From Azolla caroliniana (lineage: Eukaryota > Plantae > Polypodiophyta), in contig JBHGNT010000003.1 in assembly GCA_043228905.1 (NCBI GenBank), positions 12,090,001 to 12,154,000 of the forward strand: 64,000 nt of DNA, written 5' to 3'. Positions 49,614-62,124 of the stretch are shown piece by piece. Every line of letters starts with the position of its first letter. Position 1 is the first letter of the stretch. The translations under genes and the position numbers were made by a program. Below the pieces are notes generated by a model, which was not told where the DNA came from, searched no databases, and saw only the letters and a list, made by a program, of their open reading frames with translations.

Positions 49614-52600
49614 TGTTGGGAGATAGGTCCCTCCGGATGGAAAGGGAGAAGAACCGTATGAGGTGTACCCGGCTGCGGAGAGCCGGATGGTGCAGACTTG
49701 GTATGAACCGGATGAGGAGTACCCGGCTACAGAGAGCCGGATGGTGCAGACCCGGTATGAACCGGATGAGAAATACCCGGCTACGGAGAGCCGGATGATG
49801 CAGACCCGGTGAAGACCGGATGAGGAGTACCCGGCTACGGAGAGCCGGATGGCGCAGACCCGGATGGCGCAGACCCGGTGAGGAATGCTCTCCGGATGAA
49901 GAGACATATTCGTAAATATGTTTCTGAAGAGCCCATCGTGGCTATATTTGTAAATAGCCGAAAAGTCATATTAGTATAAATATGACTTAGGGCAATCTTT
50001 TTTTTGGTGTTGTTGTCATTCTTGTTGGTGGAAGAATAGAGAGTGTGCGTAACTGTACAGAGAGAGAGAGAGAGAGAGAGAGAGTGAAAGAGGTCGTTGC
50101 CTCTGTTGTAACCGCCGCCTGCGGCGAAGATTTGTGAGCACGAGGTCGTTGCCTCAGTGAACTCACTTGTGTACCTTCTTACATAGTGACAGTTTGCAGC
50201 CTGTGGGCTGCCGTGGTTTTTCCCCTAGTTTGGGGTTTTCCACGTAAACCTCCTGTGTATATTCTTCTTCTTTGTGTCGTGTTTTATTTCCCGTTTTCTG
50301 TGCATCATTCAAAGCTCGGTTGTGGCCGAGCGTTGCGCATAAGGAGCGTTCAGTTCCCGTCAATTGGTATCAGAGCAAAAATCGACACAGAAAATGGATG
50401 AATCGTTTGGCGGCATGTTCAAGCTCACCGGCTCCAACTATTCAGTGTGGAAGTCGAAGATGAGGGACATGCTCGTAGTTAAAGACCTCTGGCTGCCGGT
50501 TCAGTTCGGGGACAAGAGACCGGACAAAATCGACGCCGCGATATGGGAGGTGATGCACATGAAGACAACGGCATACATACGGTGCTTCATCGACATGAGC
50601 CTGTACAACAACTTCAATGAAGAGAGCAAGGCTCATGAGCTCTTGGAGAAGATCGGCATAATGTTTCAGAACAAAAATGCTGTCAATCAGGTGTCGGTAT
50701 TCCAGAAGCTAGTAAGACTCCGGTACCAAGATGGCTCCAGCATGGCGGAGCACATGAATGCCTTCCAGGGGCTGATCCACCAGGCAACTTCATTGGAAGT
50801 ACCTCTCGCCGATGAGGTACTTGCGCTGCTCCTGTTCGGTTCCCTCCCGGATAGCTGGGAGACATTGGTTGTCACTTTGGGCAACGCCGGGCCGGAAGGA
50901 AAACGGTTATCCCTAGTAAGAGTGAAGTCGAGCCTGCTAGATGAGGAGGCGCGTCGGAAAGATAAGGATACGAGCTCCGACTCCAAAGTGCTCCTTAGCG
51001 AATCTGAACGCGGAAGACATAGAAACCGTAGTCCCCAGAACTGGGAGAAGTCGGGGACACGGTCAAAGTCAAGGGGGAGGCCTACTTGCTTCTATTGCGG
51101 CAAGCCGGGACACTTCCAAAAGAACTGTCGGCATTTCCAAAAAGATAAGGAGACCGACGGTACCGATTCGAAGCGGACCCCGAACCGGAACGGTAAAGAC
51201 CGGAAGGGGACGACGGCAATCGCGGCAAGTGAAGAAGAGTTGATGCTCATCACCGAGGAGAGTGAGATAAACCTTGCCGGCGACGAGATGACCTGGGTGG
51301 TAGACTCCAGAGCGTCGTTCCACCTTACCCCGGACTGGAAATGCTTCTCATTCTACCCAGCCGGTGATCACGGCTGTGTCCGGATGGGGAATGAAGGTAC
51401 ATGCCGAATTGTCGGCATAGGAGACGTGTGGCTGACAACACCTACCGGATGCAAATTACTGCTAAAGGATGTCCGACACGTTCCGGAGGTTCGTCTGAAC
51501 CTGATATCAGCCGATCGGCTAGATGATGAAGGCTACACTGGTAGCATCCGGAACGGTGTCATGAAGTTCAGCAAAGGGAGCCTGATTGTGGCTCGGGCCT
51601 GGAAGGTCAACACACTGTACTTGATGAATGCCCGGTTATGTCCGGAAGAAGGGAACGTGGCATCCGACACTGCCAGTGAGCTTTAGCACAAGAGGCTGTG
51701 TCATATGAGCGACAAGGGGATAAAGAGGCTTGCAGACGACAACCTCATTCCAGTGAAGAACGTGCACTATGAGAAGTGCATTGATTGTCTGGCCGGTAAG
51801 CAGAACTGGACCTCCTTCTGACCAAGGCCACCGATGAGACGTAATGCACCACTGGAGTTGCTGCATACGGCTGTGTGTCAAGTAGACACGAAGTCACATG
51901 CCGGAGCGCAGTACTTCGTGACCTTCATAGATGACCATAGTCGGAAGCTGTGGGCCACACCGTTGAAGACGAAGGATCAGGTGCTATCCGTCTTCAAAGA
52001 GGTCCACGCGAGAGTGGAAAGAGAAACTGGCCGGAAGCTGAAGGCGGTTCGAGCAGATATTGGAGGTGAATACCGGGGGCAGTTCGAGGAGTATTGTCGC
52101 TCGAAGGGAATCCGGCTCGAATTTACCGTGCCGAAGACACCGGAACTAAACGGACTGGCCGAGAGGATGAACCGGACCATAATGGAGAGGGTCCGGAGTA
52201 TGCTAGCGCATGCAAAACTACCCAAGAAGTTTTGGGCGGAGGCACTGTCGACGACGACATATGTGATAAATAGATCACCCTCAGTACCCTTGGACGGAGA
52301 CACGCCACATATAGTGTGGACCGGTAAGGAAGTATCCTACCGGCATTTGAAGGTGTTCGGATGTCTCGCGTACGTGCATGTAGCTAAGGACCGGAGAGGA
52401 AAGCTAGATCCAAAGACCCGGCCATGCATATTCCTCGGTTACGGTGACGATGAGTTCGGCTACCGAGTGTGGGACCTGGTCAACAAGAAGGTATTCCGGA
52501 GTCGAGATATTATCTTCATGGAGGACAAGACGCTCGCCGACTGGGAGTCGGAGAAGAAGATAATGAACTTTGAGTCGACTGATAAGGATAGACTCTACGA

Positions 52601-54796
52601 TGAGCAGACCCAACCGGCAAGTGACCGGTCAGCACTCGAGGAATCAGCCGGTTACGGTGAGGATACCGAACCGGCAGAAGAAGAGGTAGAGGAAGCTGAG
52701 ACCGGAACCGGCCAAGACCCCGAATCGGATTCGGATGAAGAGCAAATGGAGGAGCCTGTTACCAAAGCCCGAAGACGTAGATATCCTCTCAGAGAGAGAA
52801 GGCCCCCCCGGAGAATTCCGGATGCAGAGCATATTCTGCTGACCGATGAGGGGGAGCCGGAAAGCTTCGAAGAAGTGAAGGAAGACACCCACAGCCGAAA
52901 ATGGTTAAGTGCCATGCAGGTCGAGATGGATTCCTTGGATGAGAACCATACATACGAATTGGTGGAGTTGCCGAAAGGAAAGTGGGCACGCCGAAACAAG
53001 TGGGTGTACAAGTTGAAACCGGGAGATGCCGGCAACCCCCCGAGATACAAAGCCAGGATCGTGGTGAAGGGGTTCCAGCAGAAGAAGGGCGTGGACTTCG
53101 ACGAGATATTTGCCCCGGTAGTAAAGATGACCTCCATCCGGACAGTGCTAAGTATAGCGGCAAGCATGGACCTTGAGGTAGAGCAGCTGGATGTGAAGAC
53201 GACATTCCTTCACGGTGACCTCGAAGAGGAGATCTACATGCAGCAACCGGAGGGATTTGTGGAGAAAGGGAAGGAGCACCTGGTATGCCGGTTGAAGAAG
53301 AGCCTGTACGGGTTGAAGCAGGCCCCCCGGCAATGGTACCGGAAGTTCGACTCCTTCATGACCGATCAAGGGTACCACAAGACGCAGGCCGATCACTGCG
53401 TGTTTGTGAAGAAGTTCGAAGGAGGCGACTTCCTGATACTCCTTTTGTACGTGGATGACATGTTGATCGTCGGACGTGACCAAGTCAAAATACGGATGCT
53501 GAAGAAGGCTCTCAACCGGACCTTCTCAATGAAAGACTTGGGTCCGGCAAGGCAAATGCTGGGGGATGCACATCATCCGGAACCGATCAGCAAAGCAATT
53601 ATGGCTGTCACAGGAGAAGTACGTGACAAAGGTGCTTCACCGGTTCAACATGTCAGATGCGAAACCGGTCGGATCGACACTTCCGGCAAACTGCAAGCTA
53701 TCCGGTAAGCAAAGCCCAAAGACGAAAGCAGAGAAGACGGATATGATGAAGATTCCATATGCCTCTGCCGTCGAGAGCTTGATGTACGCAATGGTGTGTA
53801 CCCAACCGGATATAGGATACGCAGCCGGTTCATGAGCAATCCTGACAAGGAGCACTGGAACACGGTCAAATGGATACTCCGGTATTTGAAGGGCACTTCA
53901 AATATGTGTCTCCGATTCGGATCCGGAAATCCTCAACTTGACGGTTTTACCGATTCGGACATGTCAGCTGATGTGGATACCAGCCGGTCTACATCCGGGT
54001 ATGTAATGACATATGCAGGGGGAGCTGTTTCATGGCAGTCGAGGCTGCAGAAGACGGTTGCATTGTCAACCACAGAGGCGGAGTACATGGCGGCTGTGGA
54101 AGCCGACAAGGAAATATTATGGATGAAGGACTTCATCGAAGAGCTCGGTATCCGGCAAGAGGAATACAGACTCTATTGCGACAGTCAAAGTGTCATCCAC
54201 CTTGCTAAGAATGCGGCCTACCATTCCCGGACGAAGCATATCCAGCAGAGGTATCACTGGATCCGGGAAAGAGTAGATGACCAGGAGTTCGCACTGACGA
54301 AGATCCACACGGCCGAGAACAGGTCAGATATGCTAACCAAAGTGCTGACACCCGACAAGCTAGACGCATGCCGGAAGCGGATTGGACTGGTAAGACACCC
54401 CATGCCGGAGTGAAGGGGGAGTTTGTTGGGAGACAGGTCCCTCCGGATGGGAAGGGAGAAGAACCGTATGAGGTGTACCCGGCTACGGAGAGCCAGATGG
54501 TGCAGACCCGGTATGAACCAGATGAGGAGTACCCAGCTACGGAGAGCCGGATGATGCAGACCCGGTGAAGACCGGATGAGGAGTACTTGGCTACGGAGAG
54601 CCGGATGGCGCAGACCCGGTGAGGAATGCTCTCCGGATGAAGAGACATATTCGTAAATATGTTTCTGAAGAGCCCACCGTGGCTATATTTGTAAATAGCC
54701 GAAAAGTCATATTAGTATAAATATGACTTAGGGCAATCTTTTTTTTGGTGTTGTTGTCATTCTTGTTGGTGCAAGAATAGAGAGTGTGCGTAACTG

Positions 54797-54837
<41 letters not shown>

Positions 54838-55111
54838 AGAGGTTGTTGCCTCTGTTGTAACCGCCGCCTATGGCGAAGATCTGTGAGCACGAGGTCGTTG
54901 CCTCAGTGAACTCACTTGTGTACATTCTTACATAGTGACAGTTTGCAGCCTGTGGGCTGCCGTGGTTTTTCCCCTAGTTTGGGGTTTTCCACGTAAACCT
55001 CCTGTGTATATTCTTCTTCTTTGTGTCGTGTTTTATTTCCCGTTTTCTGTGCATCATTCTAAGCTCGGTTGTGGCCGAGCGTTGCGCATAAGGAGCGTTC
55101 AGTTCCCGTCA
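49614..55111 (+). mobile_element. Full-length decayed Tork-like Ty1/Copia; LTRs 49614-50362 and 54424-55111; TSD ATATG
   Basis: ATATG at 49609-49613 and 55112-55116; PBS at 50365-50376; polyprotein broken into 50364-51686, 51834-53708, 53566-53835, 53796-54413. LTR lengths differ (749 vs 688) mainly through U3 repeat number. Confidence 0.95.
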
Positions 55112-56091
55112 ATATGTATCAACAATGTTGTATGTTCTTGGTCATATTTGAACTTGAGACCTCAAGAACAAATGCATTAAACACATGAGCTAACCAAATA
55201 GGTTTCTCGTGTTGAATGTTGAACGTTTTATGCGTATAAGAGATATACGAGGCATTTGCCCAGATATGTTTTTTTAAAAGAAACATATATGTCAAGAGTC
55301 CTTATTTCCCCCTCATTTACCACAAACTATGTTGGTACATTACCTAACCTCAACTGTCATAATTACCATGGCATACGCCAAAGTGCAACCTAATGGTAAA
55401 GCCAAATGAGCCCTCTTTTCATAATAGGCCCACGATGGTTATGTCATTACGAATATCGTTCGTAAGAATGATCTCATGGTGGCATCGTATCCATGTAATG
55501 AGGGAGGGATGTTGGATATGTGTGTCCTAGGAGCGATCTCACATGAAGTGGGTTAATCGTAACATCAAATAACCAACATATGATGAAATCGAGGAATATA
55601 GCCTCTACGCACACGAAACATCCAAAAATAAGGGTTAATCGTAATACGCAATTGAGGTATTGACCTCTTACGCATACGATACTAATCACATATTAAATAT
55701 ATGTCAAATGAGGTATTGTCCTCATACACATATGTAAACGTTTTATACAACGAATTAATTACCACTACAACATCATTGAATCATGACAAAAAATTTCATA
55801 TTGACTATATAGATGATTAAATGGGAGAAGAAGAAATAGAGAAAAAAACAGGAAAGAGTTACCGAAGTTCCTTTGTTGATCGCTATCTGGATCAAGGTCG
55901 ACCGCACGTCGATCGATCACCATCCATGAAGAAGAAAAAAACAAAGGAAACATGAGAAACATAAGCTCTGATACCAACTGTTAGAGTTATGATCAAAAGT
56001 AAGCAAATGATAAGGATAAAAGATAGATCGATAGAAAGGAGAGAGAGAAAGAAGGGTGCCGATCCACCCGACCACCCCCGAGCAAAGGGAT

Positions 56092-59000
56092 TGTTGGGAT
56101 TTCGGTCCCTTTCGGATGGGATGGTCGGATATCGGAGATGAATGCCGACGAGCCCGGTTTCGGTTTCGGATCCGGATGACGAAGACCCCGGTTTCGGTGC
56201 CGGATGACGAATGTACCCGGAGAGCGATCCGGATGCAGGGACATATCCGTGAATATGTTCGCTATGGGCCCCTGAGGCTATAGTTGTAAATAGCCCAAAG
56301 TCATATAAGTATAAATATGACTTAGGGCAAACAGTGTTACTGTTGCTTCTCATTTTTCTGTTTTTCCACTTTAGAGGAGTGAAGAGAGAGCAGCCGTGAG
56401 AGAGATAGAGCGCGAGAGAGGAAGAGGTAGACGCCTCTGTGTATTTCCGCCGCCTGTGGCGAGGACAGCGAGCTCAAGGTCGTCGCCTTGCAGCTCGCCA
56501 TTGTATACTTCTCTGTATAGTTTTGGTTTGGAGTCTTGTACTCCCGTGGTTTTTCCCGTCTAGGGTTTTCCACGTTAATCCCTGTGTACTCGCGTTTTGT
56601 TTCTCCGTGTGGTTCCTATTTTCTGCTCCATCGATTCGCGCTTACTCGGTTGTGGCCGAGCGAAGAAGGTGAATAGAAGGGCCTATTCCTTACAAACTGG
56701 TATCAAAGCGACTGTTGCAGAAAATGGAAGGCGGCGGCAGCGGGCAGCCGGGGATGATGGTGCTGAATGCACAGAATTACGCCGACTGGAAGATCAAGAT
56801 GGAGGATCTTCTGATTGTTCGGGACCTGTACGAACCGATTGACAGGTCGGAAATACCGAAGGGGGTACTTGAGTCGGAGTGGAAGCTCCTGAACCGGAAA
56901 GCCGTAGCGACGATCCGACAATATGTCGATGTAAGCGTCCTACAACATGTGGCGAACGACACCAACGCATATGAGATGTGGAAGAAGCTGTCGGGCCTCT
57001 ACGAGAGGAAGAATGCGTTGAACCGGACCTCCCTGATGAGGAAGATAGTGAACCTCAAGTACCGGGACGGCGAGAGTATGGTTGAACACGTAAGCACGTT
57101 CATGGGATTCGTGAACCAGCTTGCGGCGATTAAGTTCCCGTTGGAGGATGCAATGCAAGCCATCATCCTGATGTGTACATTGCCAGAAAGCTGGGAGAAC
57201 TTGGTGGTGACTCTCAGCACCTCCTGCACCGAAGATAACTTGTCCTTACAAACGGTAAAGACAAGTATTTTGAATGAAGAAGCGCATCGGAGAGATAAGG
57301 AACCGGCCTCCGACCCGAAGATGTTGTTTACCGAATCGGATCGGGGAAGACAATGGAACCGGAGTCCGCAAAGACGGGAGAAGTCGGGGACCCGGTCGCA
57401 GTCAAGAGGAAGGCCCACATGCTTCCACTGTGGGAAGACGGGGCACTTCCGAAAGAATTGTCGGCATTACCGAAAAGACAATGGAACCGACAACACCGAT
57501 TCGAAGAAGTCACCGGAGAGAAACGGTGCATACCGGGGAGCCACGGACCGGAATGGTTCGGATCGGCGAGGACAGGACCGGAAAGGAACGACGGCACTCG
57601 CGGCAAGTGAAGAGGAGATCATGCTCATCACCGAAGAAGGTGAACTAAACATTGCCGGCGATGAGACGACCTGGGTGGTCGATTCCGGAGCATCGTTCCA
57701 CCTGACCCCGGAGAGAAGATACTTCTCATCCTACACAGCCGGCGAGCATGGCTGTGTTCGGATGGGAAACGAAGGTACGTGCTGGATTGCCGGCATAGGA
57801 GACGTGTGGTTGACAACCCCGACCGGATGCAAAATGCTGCTGAAGAATGTCCGACACGTTCCGGAGGTCCGACTGAACCTGATTTCGGCCGGGAGGCTAG
57901 ATGATGAAGGCTACACGGGTAGCATCCGGAACGGTGTCATGAAGTTCAGCAAGGGGAGCTTGATAGTGGCTTGGGCCCGGAAGGTCAACACACTGTACCT
58001 GATGAATGCCCGGTTATGTCCGGAAGAGCTGAATGTGGCAGCCGACACTGCCGGTGAGCTGTGGCACAAAAGACTGTGCCACATGAGTGAGAAGGGGATG
58101 AAGAGGCTTGCAGAAGACAACCTTATTCCGGTGAAGCATGTGCACCTGGAGAAGTGCACCGACTGCCTGGCCGGTAAGCAGAACCGAACCTCCTTCCACT
58201 CAAGACCACCGACGAGACGTAGCGCACCATTGGAGTTGGTGCACACCGACGTGTGTCAGGTAGAAACGAAGTCACATGGCGGAGCCCAGTACTTCGTAAC
58301 TTTCATAGATGATCACAGCCGAAGACTGTGGACGGCACCGTTGAAGACAAAGGACCAAGTGTTGTGCGTCTTCAAAGAACTCCACGCGAGAGTGGAAAGG
58401 GAATCCGGCAAGAAGCTGAAAGCGATACGAGCGGATAACGGAGGGGAATACCGGGGGCAGTTCCAGGAGTACTGTCGCTCGAAGGGAATCCGGCTCGAGT
58501 TTACTGTGCCGAAGACGCCGGAACTGAACGGGCTGGCCGAGAGGATGAACCGGACCATAATGGAGAGGGTTCGGAGTATGCTGGCGCATGCGAAATTACC
58601 CAAGGGGTTTTGGGCTGAGGCAATGTCGACGGCGACATATGTGATAAACCGATCACCCTCAGTACCTTTGGACGGAGACACGCCGCAGAGAGTGTGGACC
58701 GGTAGGGAAGTATCCTACCGGCATCTGAAGGTGTTCGGGTGTCTCGCATACGTGCACGTGGCGAAGGACCGGAGAGGAAAGCTAGATCCGAAGACCCGGC
58801 CATGCATATTCCTCGGTTACGGCGACGACGAGTTCGGCTACCGAGTATGGGACCCGGTCGACAAGAAGATATTCAGGAGTCGAGATATCGTCTTTATGGA
58901 GGACAAGACACTCGCCGACTGGGAGTCGGAGAAGAAGATGAAGAGCTCCAAGTCGACCGGTGAGGATAAACTCTACGAGGAGCAGTCCCGACCGGCAAGG

Positions 59001-61413
59001 GACCGGTTAGCACTCGAGGACCCGGCCGAAGACGGTGAAGAAACAGAACCGGCCGAAGAAGATGAAAATGATACCGGAACCGGCCCCGATCCCGAAATGG
59101 ATTCGGATGAAGAAGAAGAATCGGAAGAACCGGTTACCGAAGCTCCGAAACGGAGATACCCTCAAAGAGAGAGAAGGGCCCCCCGGAGATTTCCGGAACC
59201 AGAGCACGTGTTGCTAACCGACGAGGGGGAGCCGGAGAGCTTTGAGGAAGCGAAGCATGACACCCAGAGCCGCAGGTGGTTGAGTGCCATGCAGGACGAG
59301 ATGGATTCCCTGCATGAGAACCACACATATGAACTTGTGGAGTTGCCAAAAGGAAAGCGGGCACTTCGAAACAAGTGGGTGTTCAAGCTGAAACCGGGAG
59401 ATGCCGGAAAACCCCCGAGATACAAAGCCAGGATCGTGGTGAAGGGGTTTCAGCAGAAGAAGGGCGTCGACTTCGACGAGATATTTGCCCCGGTAGTGAA
59501 GATGACCTCCATCCGGACGGTGTTGAGCATAGCGGCAAGCATGGACCTCGAGGTAGAACAGATGGACGTGAAGACGGCATTCCTTCACGGCGACCTCGAT
59601 GAAGAGATCTACATGCAGCAACCGGAAGGATTCGAGAAGAAAGGGAAGGAGCACCTGGTATGCCAGTTGAAGAAGAGCCTTTACGGACTGAAGCAGGCTC
59701 CCCGGCAATGGTACCGGAAGTTCGACTCCTTCATGACCGACGAAGGGTACCTCAAAACGCAGTCCGACCACTGCGTGTTTGTGAAGAAGTTCGAAGGAGG
59801 AGACTTTCTAATACTCCTCCTGTACGTGGACGACATGTTGATCGTCGGACGGGATCAGGTCAAGATACGGATGCTGAAGAAGGCTCTTCACCGAACCTTC
59901 TCAATGAAGGACCTGGGTCCGGCGAGGCAAATACTAGGGATGCACATCATCCGGGACCGGAAGAAGAAGCAGTTGTGGCTGTCACAGGAGAAGTACGTGA
60001 CGAAGGTGCTTCACCGGTTCAACATGTCGGAAGCAAGACCGGTCGGATCGACCCTCCCGACAAACTGCAAGCTGTCCAGCAAGCAAAGTCCCAAGACAAA
60101 GGCTGAAAAGGAGGATATGATGAAAGTACCGTATGCCTCAGCCGTCGGGAGCTTGATGTACGCCATGGTGTGTACGAGACCGGACATCGGATATGCAGTC
60201 GGAGTGGTGAGCCGGTACATGAGCAATCCCGGCAAAGAGCATTGGAACGCGGTCAAGTGGATACTCCGATACCTGAAGGGCATAGCGAATGTGTGCCTCC
60301 GATTCGGCTCCGGTAAACCCGAACTCGACGGTTTCACCGATTCGGATATGTCGGCTGATGCAGATACCAGCCGGTCCACATCAGGGTATGTGATGACGTA
60401 TGCAGGGGGAGCTGTTTCATGGCAGTCGAGGCTGCAGAAGACGGTTGCGTTGTCAACCACGGAGGCGGAGTACATGGCGGCTGTTGAAGCCGGCAAGGAA
60501 ATAATATGGATGAAGGACTTCATTAGAGAGCTCGGTATCCGGCAGGAGGAGTACCGACTCTACTGCGACAGTCAGAGTGCAATCCACCTTGCAAAGAACG
60601 CGGCCTATCACTCCCGGACGAAGCACATCCAGCGAAGATATCACTGGATCCGGGAAAGGATAGAAGACAAGGAGTTCGTGCTGACGAAGATCCACACGGA
60701 CGAGAACGGGTCGGATATGCTGACCAAGGTGCTCACACCCGACAAGCTGGAAGCATGCCGGAAGAGGATCGGATTGGAGAGATATCCCATGCCGAAGTGA
60801 AGGGGGAGTTTGTTGGGATTTCGGTCCCTTTCGGATGGGATGGTCGGATATCGGAGATGAATGCCGACGAGCCCGGTTTCGGTTTCGGATCCGGATGACG
60901 AAGACCCCGGTTTCGGTGCCGGATGACGAATGTACCCGGAGAGCGATCCGGATGCAGGGACATATCCGTGAATATGTTCGCTATGGGCCCCTGAGGCTAT
61001 AGTTGTAAATAGCCCAAAGTCATATAAGTATAAATATGACTTAGGGCAAACAGTTTTACTGTTGCTTCTCATTTTTCTGTTTTTCCACTTTAGAGGAGTG
61101 AAGAGAGAGCAGCCGTGAGAGAGATAGAGCGCGAGAGAGGAAGAGGTAGACGCCTCTGTGTATTTCCGCCGCCTGTGGCGAGGACAGCGAGCTCAAGGTC
61201 GTCGCCTTGCAGCTCGCCATTGTATACTTCTCTGTATAGTGTTGGTTTGGAGTCTTGTACTCCCGTGGTTTTTCCCGTCTAGGGTTTTCCACGTTAATCC
61301 CTGTGTACTCGCGTTTTGTTTCTCCGTGTGGTTCCTATTTTCTGCTCCATCGATTCGCGCTTACTCGGTTGTGGCCGAGCGAAGAAGGTGAATAGAAGGG
61401 CCTATTCCTTACA
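56092..61413 (+). mobile_element. Young intact Tork/Tnt1-like Ty1/Copia; 603-bp LTRs at 56092-56694 and 60811-61413; TSD GGGAT
   Basis: GGGAT at 56087-56091 and 61414-61418; PBS TGGTATCAAAGC at 56698-56709; PPT overlaps the stop codon; about 2 LTR differences by eye. Confidence 0.97.
56724..60800 (+). CDS. gag-pol: Copia Gag-Pol polyprotein, 1358 aa, uninterrupted
   Basis: All domains and catalytic motifs present (CCHC, DSGAS, HHCC, D-D-E, YVDD, RNase H). Confidence 0.96.
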   Translation: MEGGGSGQPGMMVLNAQNYADWKIKMEDLLIVRDLYEPIDRSEIPKGVLESEWKLLNRKAVATIRQYVDVSVLQHVANDTNAYEMWKKLSGLYERKNALNRTSLMRKIVNLKYRDGESMVEHVSTFMGFVNQLAAIKFPLEDAMQAIILMCTLPESWENLVVTLSTSCTEDNLSLQTVKTSILNEEAHRRDKEPASDPKMLFTESDRGRQWNRSPQRREKSGTRSQSRGRPTCFHCGKTGHFRKNCRHYRKDNGTDNTDSKKSPERNGAYRGATDRNGSDRRGQDRKGTTALAASEEEIMLITEEGELNIAGDETTWVVDSGASFHLTPERRYFSSYTAGEHGCVRMGNEGTCWIAGIGDVWLTTPTGCKMLLKNVRHVPEVRLNLISAGRLDDEGYTGSIRNGVMKFSKGSLIVAWARKVNTLYLMNARLCPEELNVAADTAGELWHKRLCHMSEKGMKRLAEDNLIPVKHVHLEKCTDCLAGKQNRTSFHSRPPTRRSAPLELVHTDVCQVETKSHGGAQYFVTFIDDHSRRLWTAPLKTKDQVLCVFKELHARVERESGKKLKAIRADNGGEYRGQFQEYCRSKGIRLEFTVPKTPELNGLAERMNRTIMERVRSMLAHAKLPKGFWAEAMSTATYVINRSPSVPLDGDTPQRVWTGREVSYRHLKVFGCLAYVHVAKDRRGKLDPKTRPCIFLGYGDDEFGYRVWDPVDKKIFRSRDIVFMEDKTLADWESEKKMKSSKSTGEDKLYEEQSRPARDRLALEDPAEDGEETEPAEEDENDTGTGPDPEMDSDEEEESEEPVTEAPKRRYPQRERRAPRRFPEPEHVLLTDEGEPESFEEAKHDTQSRRWLSAMQDEMDSLHENHTYELVELPKGKRALRNKWVFKLKPGDAGKPPRYKARIVVKGFQQKKGVDFDEIFAPVVKMTSIRTVLSIAASMDLEVEQMDVKTAFLHGDLDEEIYMQQPEGFEKKGKEHLVCQLKKSLYGLKQAPRQWYRKFDSFMTDEGYLKTQSDHCVFVKKFEGGDFLILLLYVDDMLIVGRDQVKIRMLKKALHRTFSMKDLGPARQILGMHIIRDRKKKQLWLSQEKYVTKVLHRFNMSEARPVGSTLPTNCKLSSKQSPKTKAEKEDMMKVPYASAVGSLMYAMVCTRPDIGYAVGVVSRYMSNPGKEHWNAVKWILRYLKGIANVCLRFGSGKPELDGFTDSDMSADADTSRSTSGYVMTYAGGAVSWQSRLQKTVALSTTEAEYMAAVEAGKEIIWMKDFIRELGIRQEEYRLYCDSQSAIHLAKNAAYHSRTKHIQRRYHWIRERIEDKEFVLTKIHTDENGSDMLTKVLTPDKLEACRKRIGLERYPMPK

Positions 61414-61899
61414 GGGATCGAGATGGACTCGAGCCTCGAGCGGCATCCCATACCACCATCGAGGCGTCGAGTCGTACCTGGGGCTGGCGCACTCGCTACA
61501 AGAGTTGACCCACCATGAAACAAAGTCTTGACGTAGTCAAGATATGATGAAATGAGGGTAGCTAGGCCTCATATTTATAGTGATACCCAAGGCCCCCAAG
61601 CAAGTTCACACTTGGCCTAATGGGTTGTCTCAATCCCGAGGATTAAAAGTAATTCTCACCACGGGATATTATATGGTCATGCCCGTAACACTCCTCATAC
61701 TTCATACTAAGTCGTTTGTGACTCCTTGTAATGCTACATTTTGTATTGCATATTCTCCTTGTGAATATACACCTTCTTCTTGAGTATTCCTTTTTCTAAT
61801 CTATCTTGTGTTTCTCTTCTGTTGTATCTTTCCTCTCACACATACACATAACACATACCTCTTCCACTACACAAGAACTATACCCGATTCTTTACCGTA

Positions 61900-62124
61900 T
61901 GCATGAAAGCTAGAAGAGTTCTAGAGAGTGCATGGAAACTTCTAGAAAGTGCATGAAGATGCAATCTCTAGAAGATTCTTGAAAGTTCTAGTGATCAATC
62001 TATATTGAAATAAGTTGAATCTTATACAATACAATAATGTATACAATACTGGTAAGGTTTCCCAATAAGACCAGAAGGTCATGGGTTCAACCCCAACAAT
62101 TCCATGGGGCATCTGGTCTATGAT
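61900..62124 (-). repeat. Partial LTR of the Tcn1-like family with heat-shock element (61970-61989) and tRNA-like module (~62045-62106)
   Basis: AGAAG ATTCT TGAAA GTTCT; ...AATAAGACCAGAAGGTCATGGGTTCAACCCC. Confidence 0.8.

Larger units (their letters stand above)
49516..61690 (-). mobile_element. 5' LTR (55979-61690, split) and leader of a second copy of the 18696-30859 chromovirus family, carrying two Copia insertions
   Basis: 49516-49613 and 55117-55964 match 23884-24920 and 30096-30388; PBS at 55965-55976; LTR TGTTAGAG(55979)...CCCGTAACA(61690). No hAT element at the homologous site. Confidence 0.88.
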
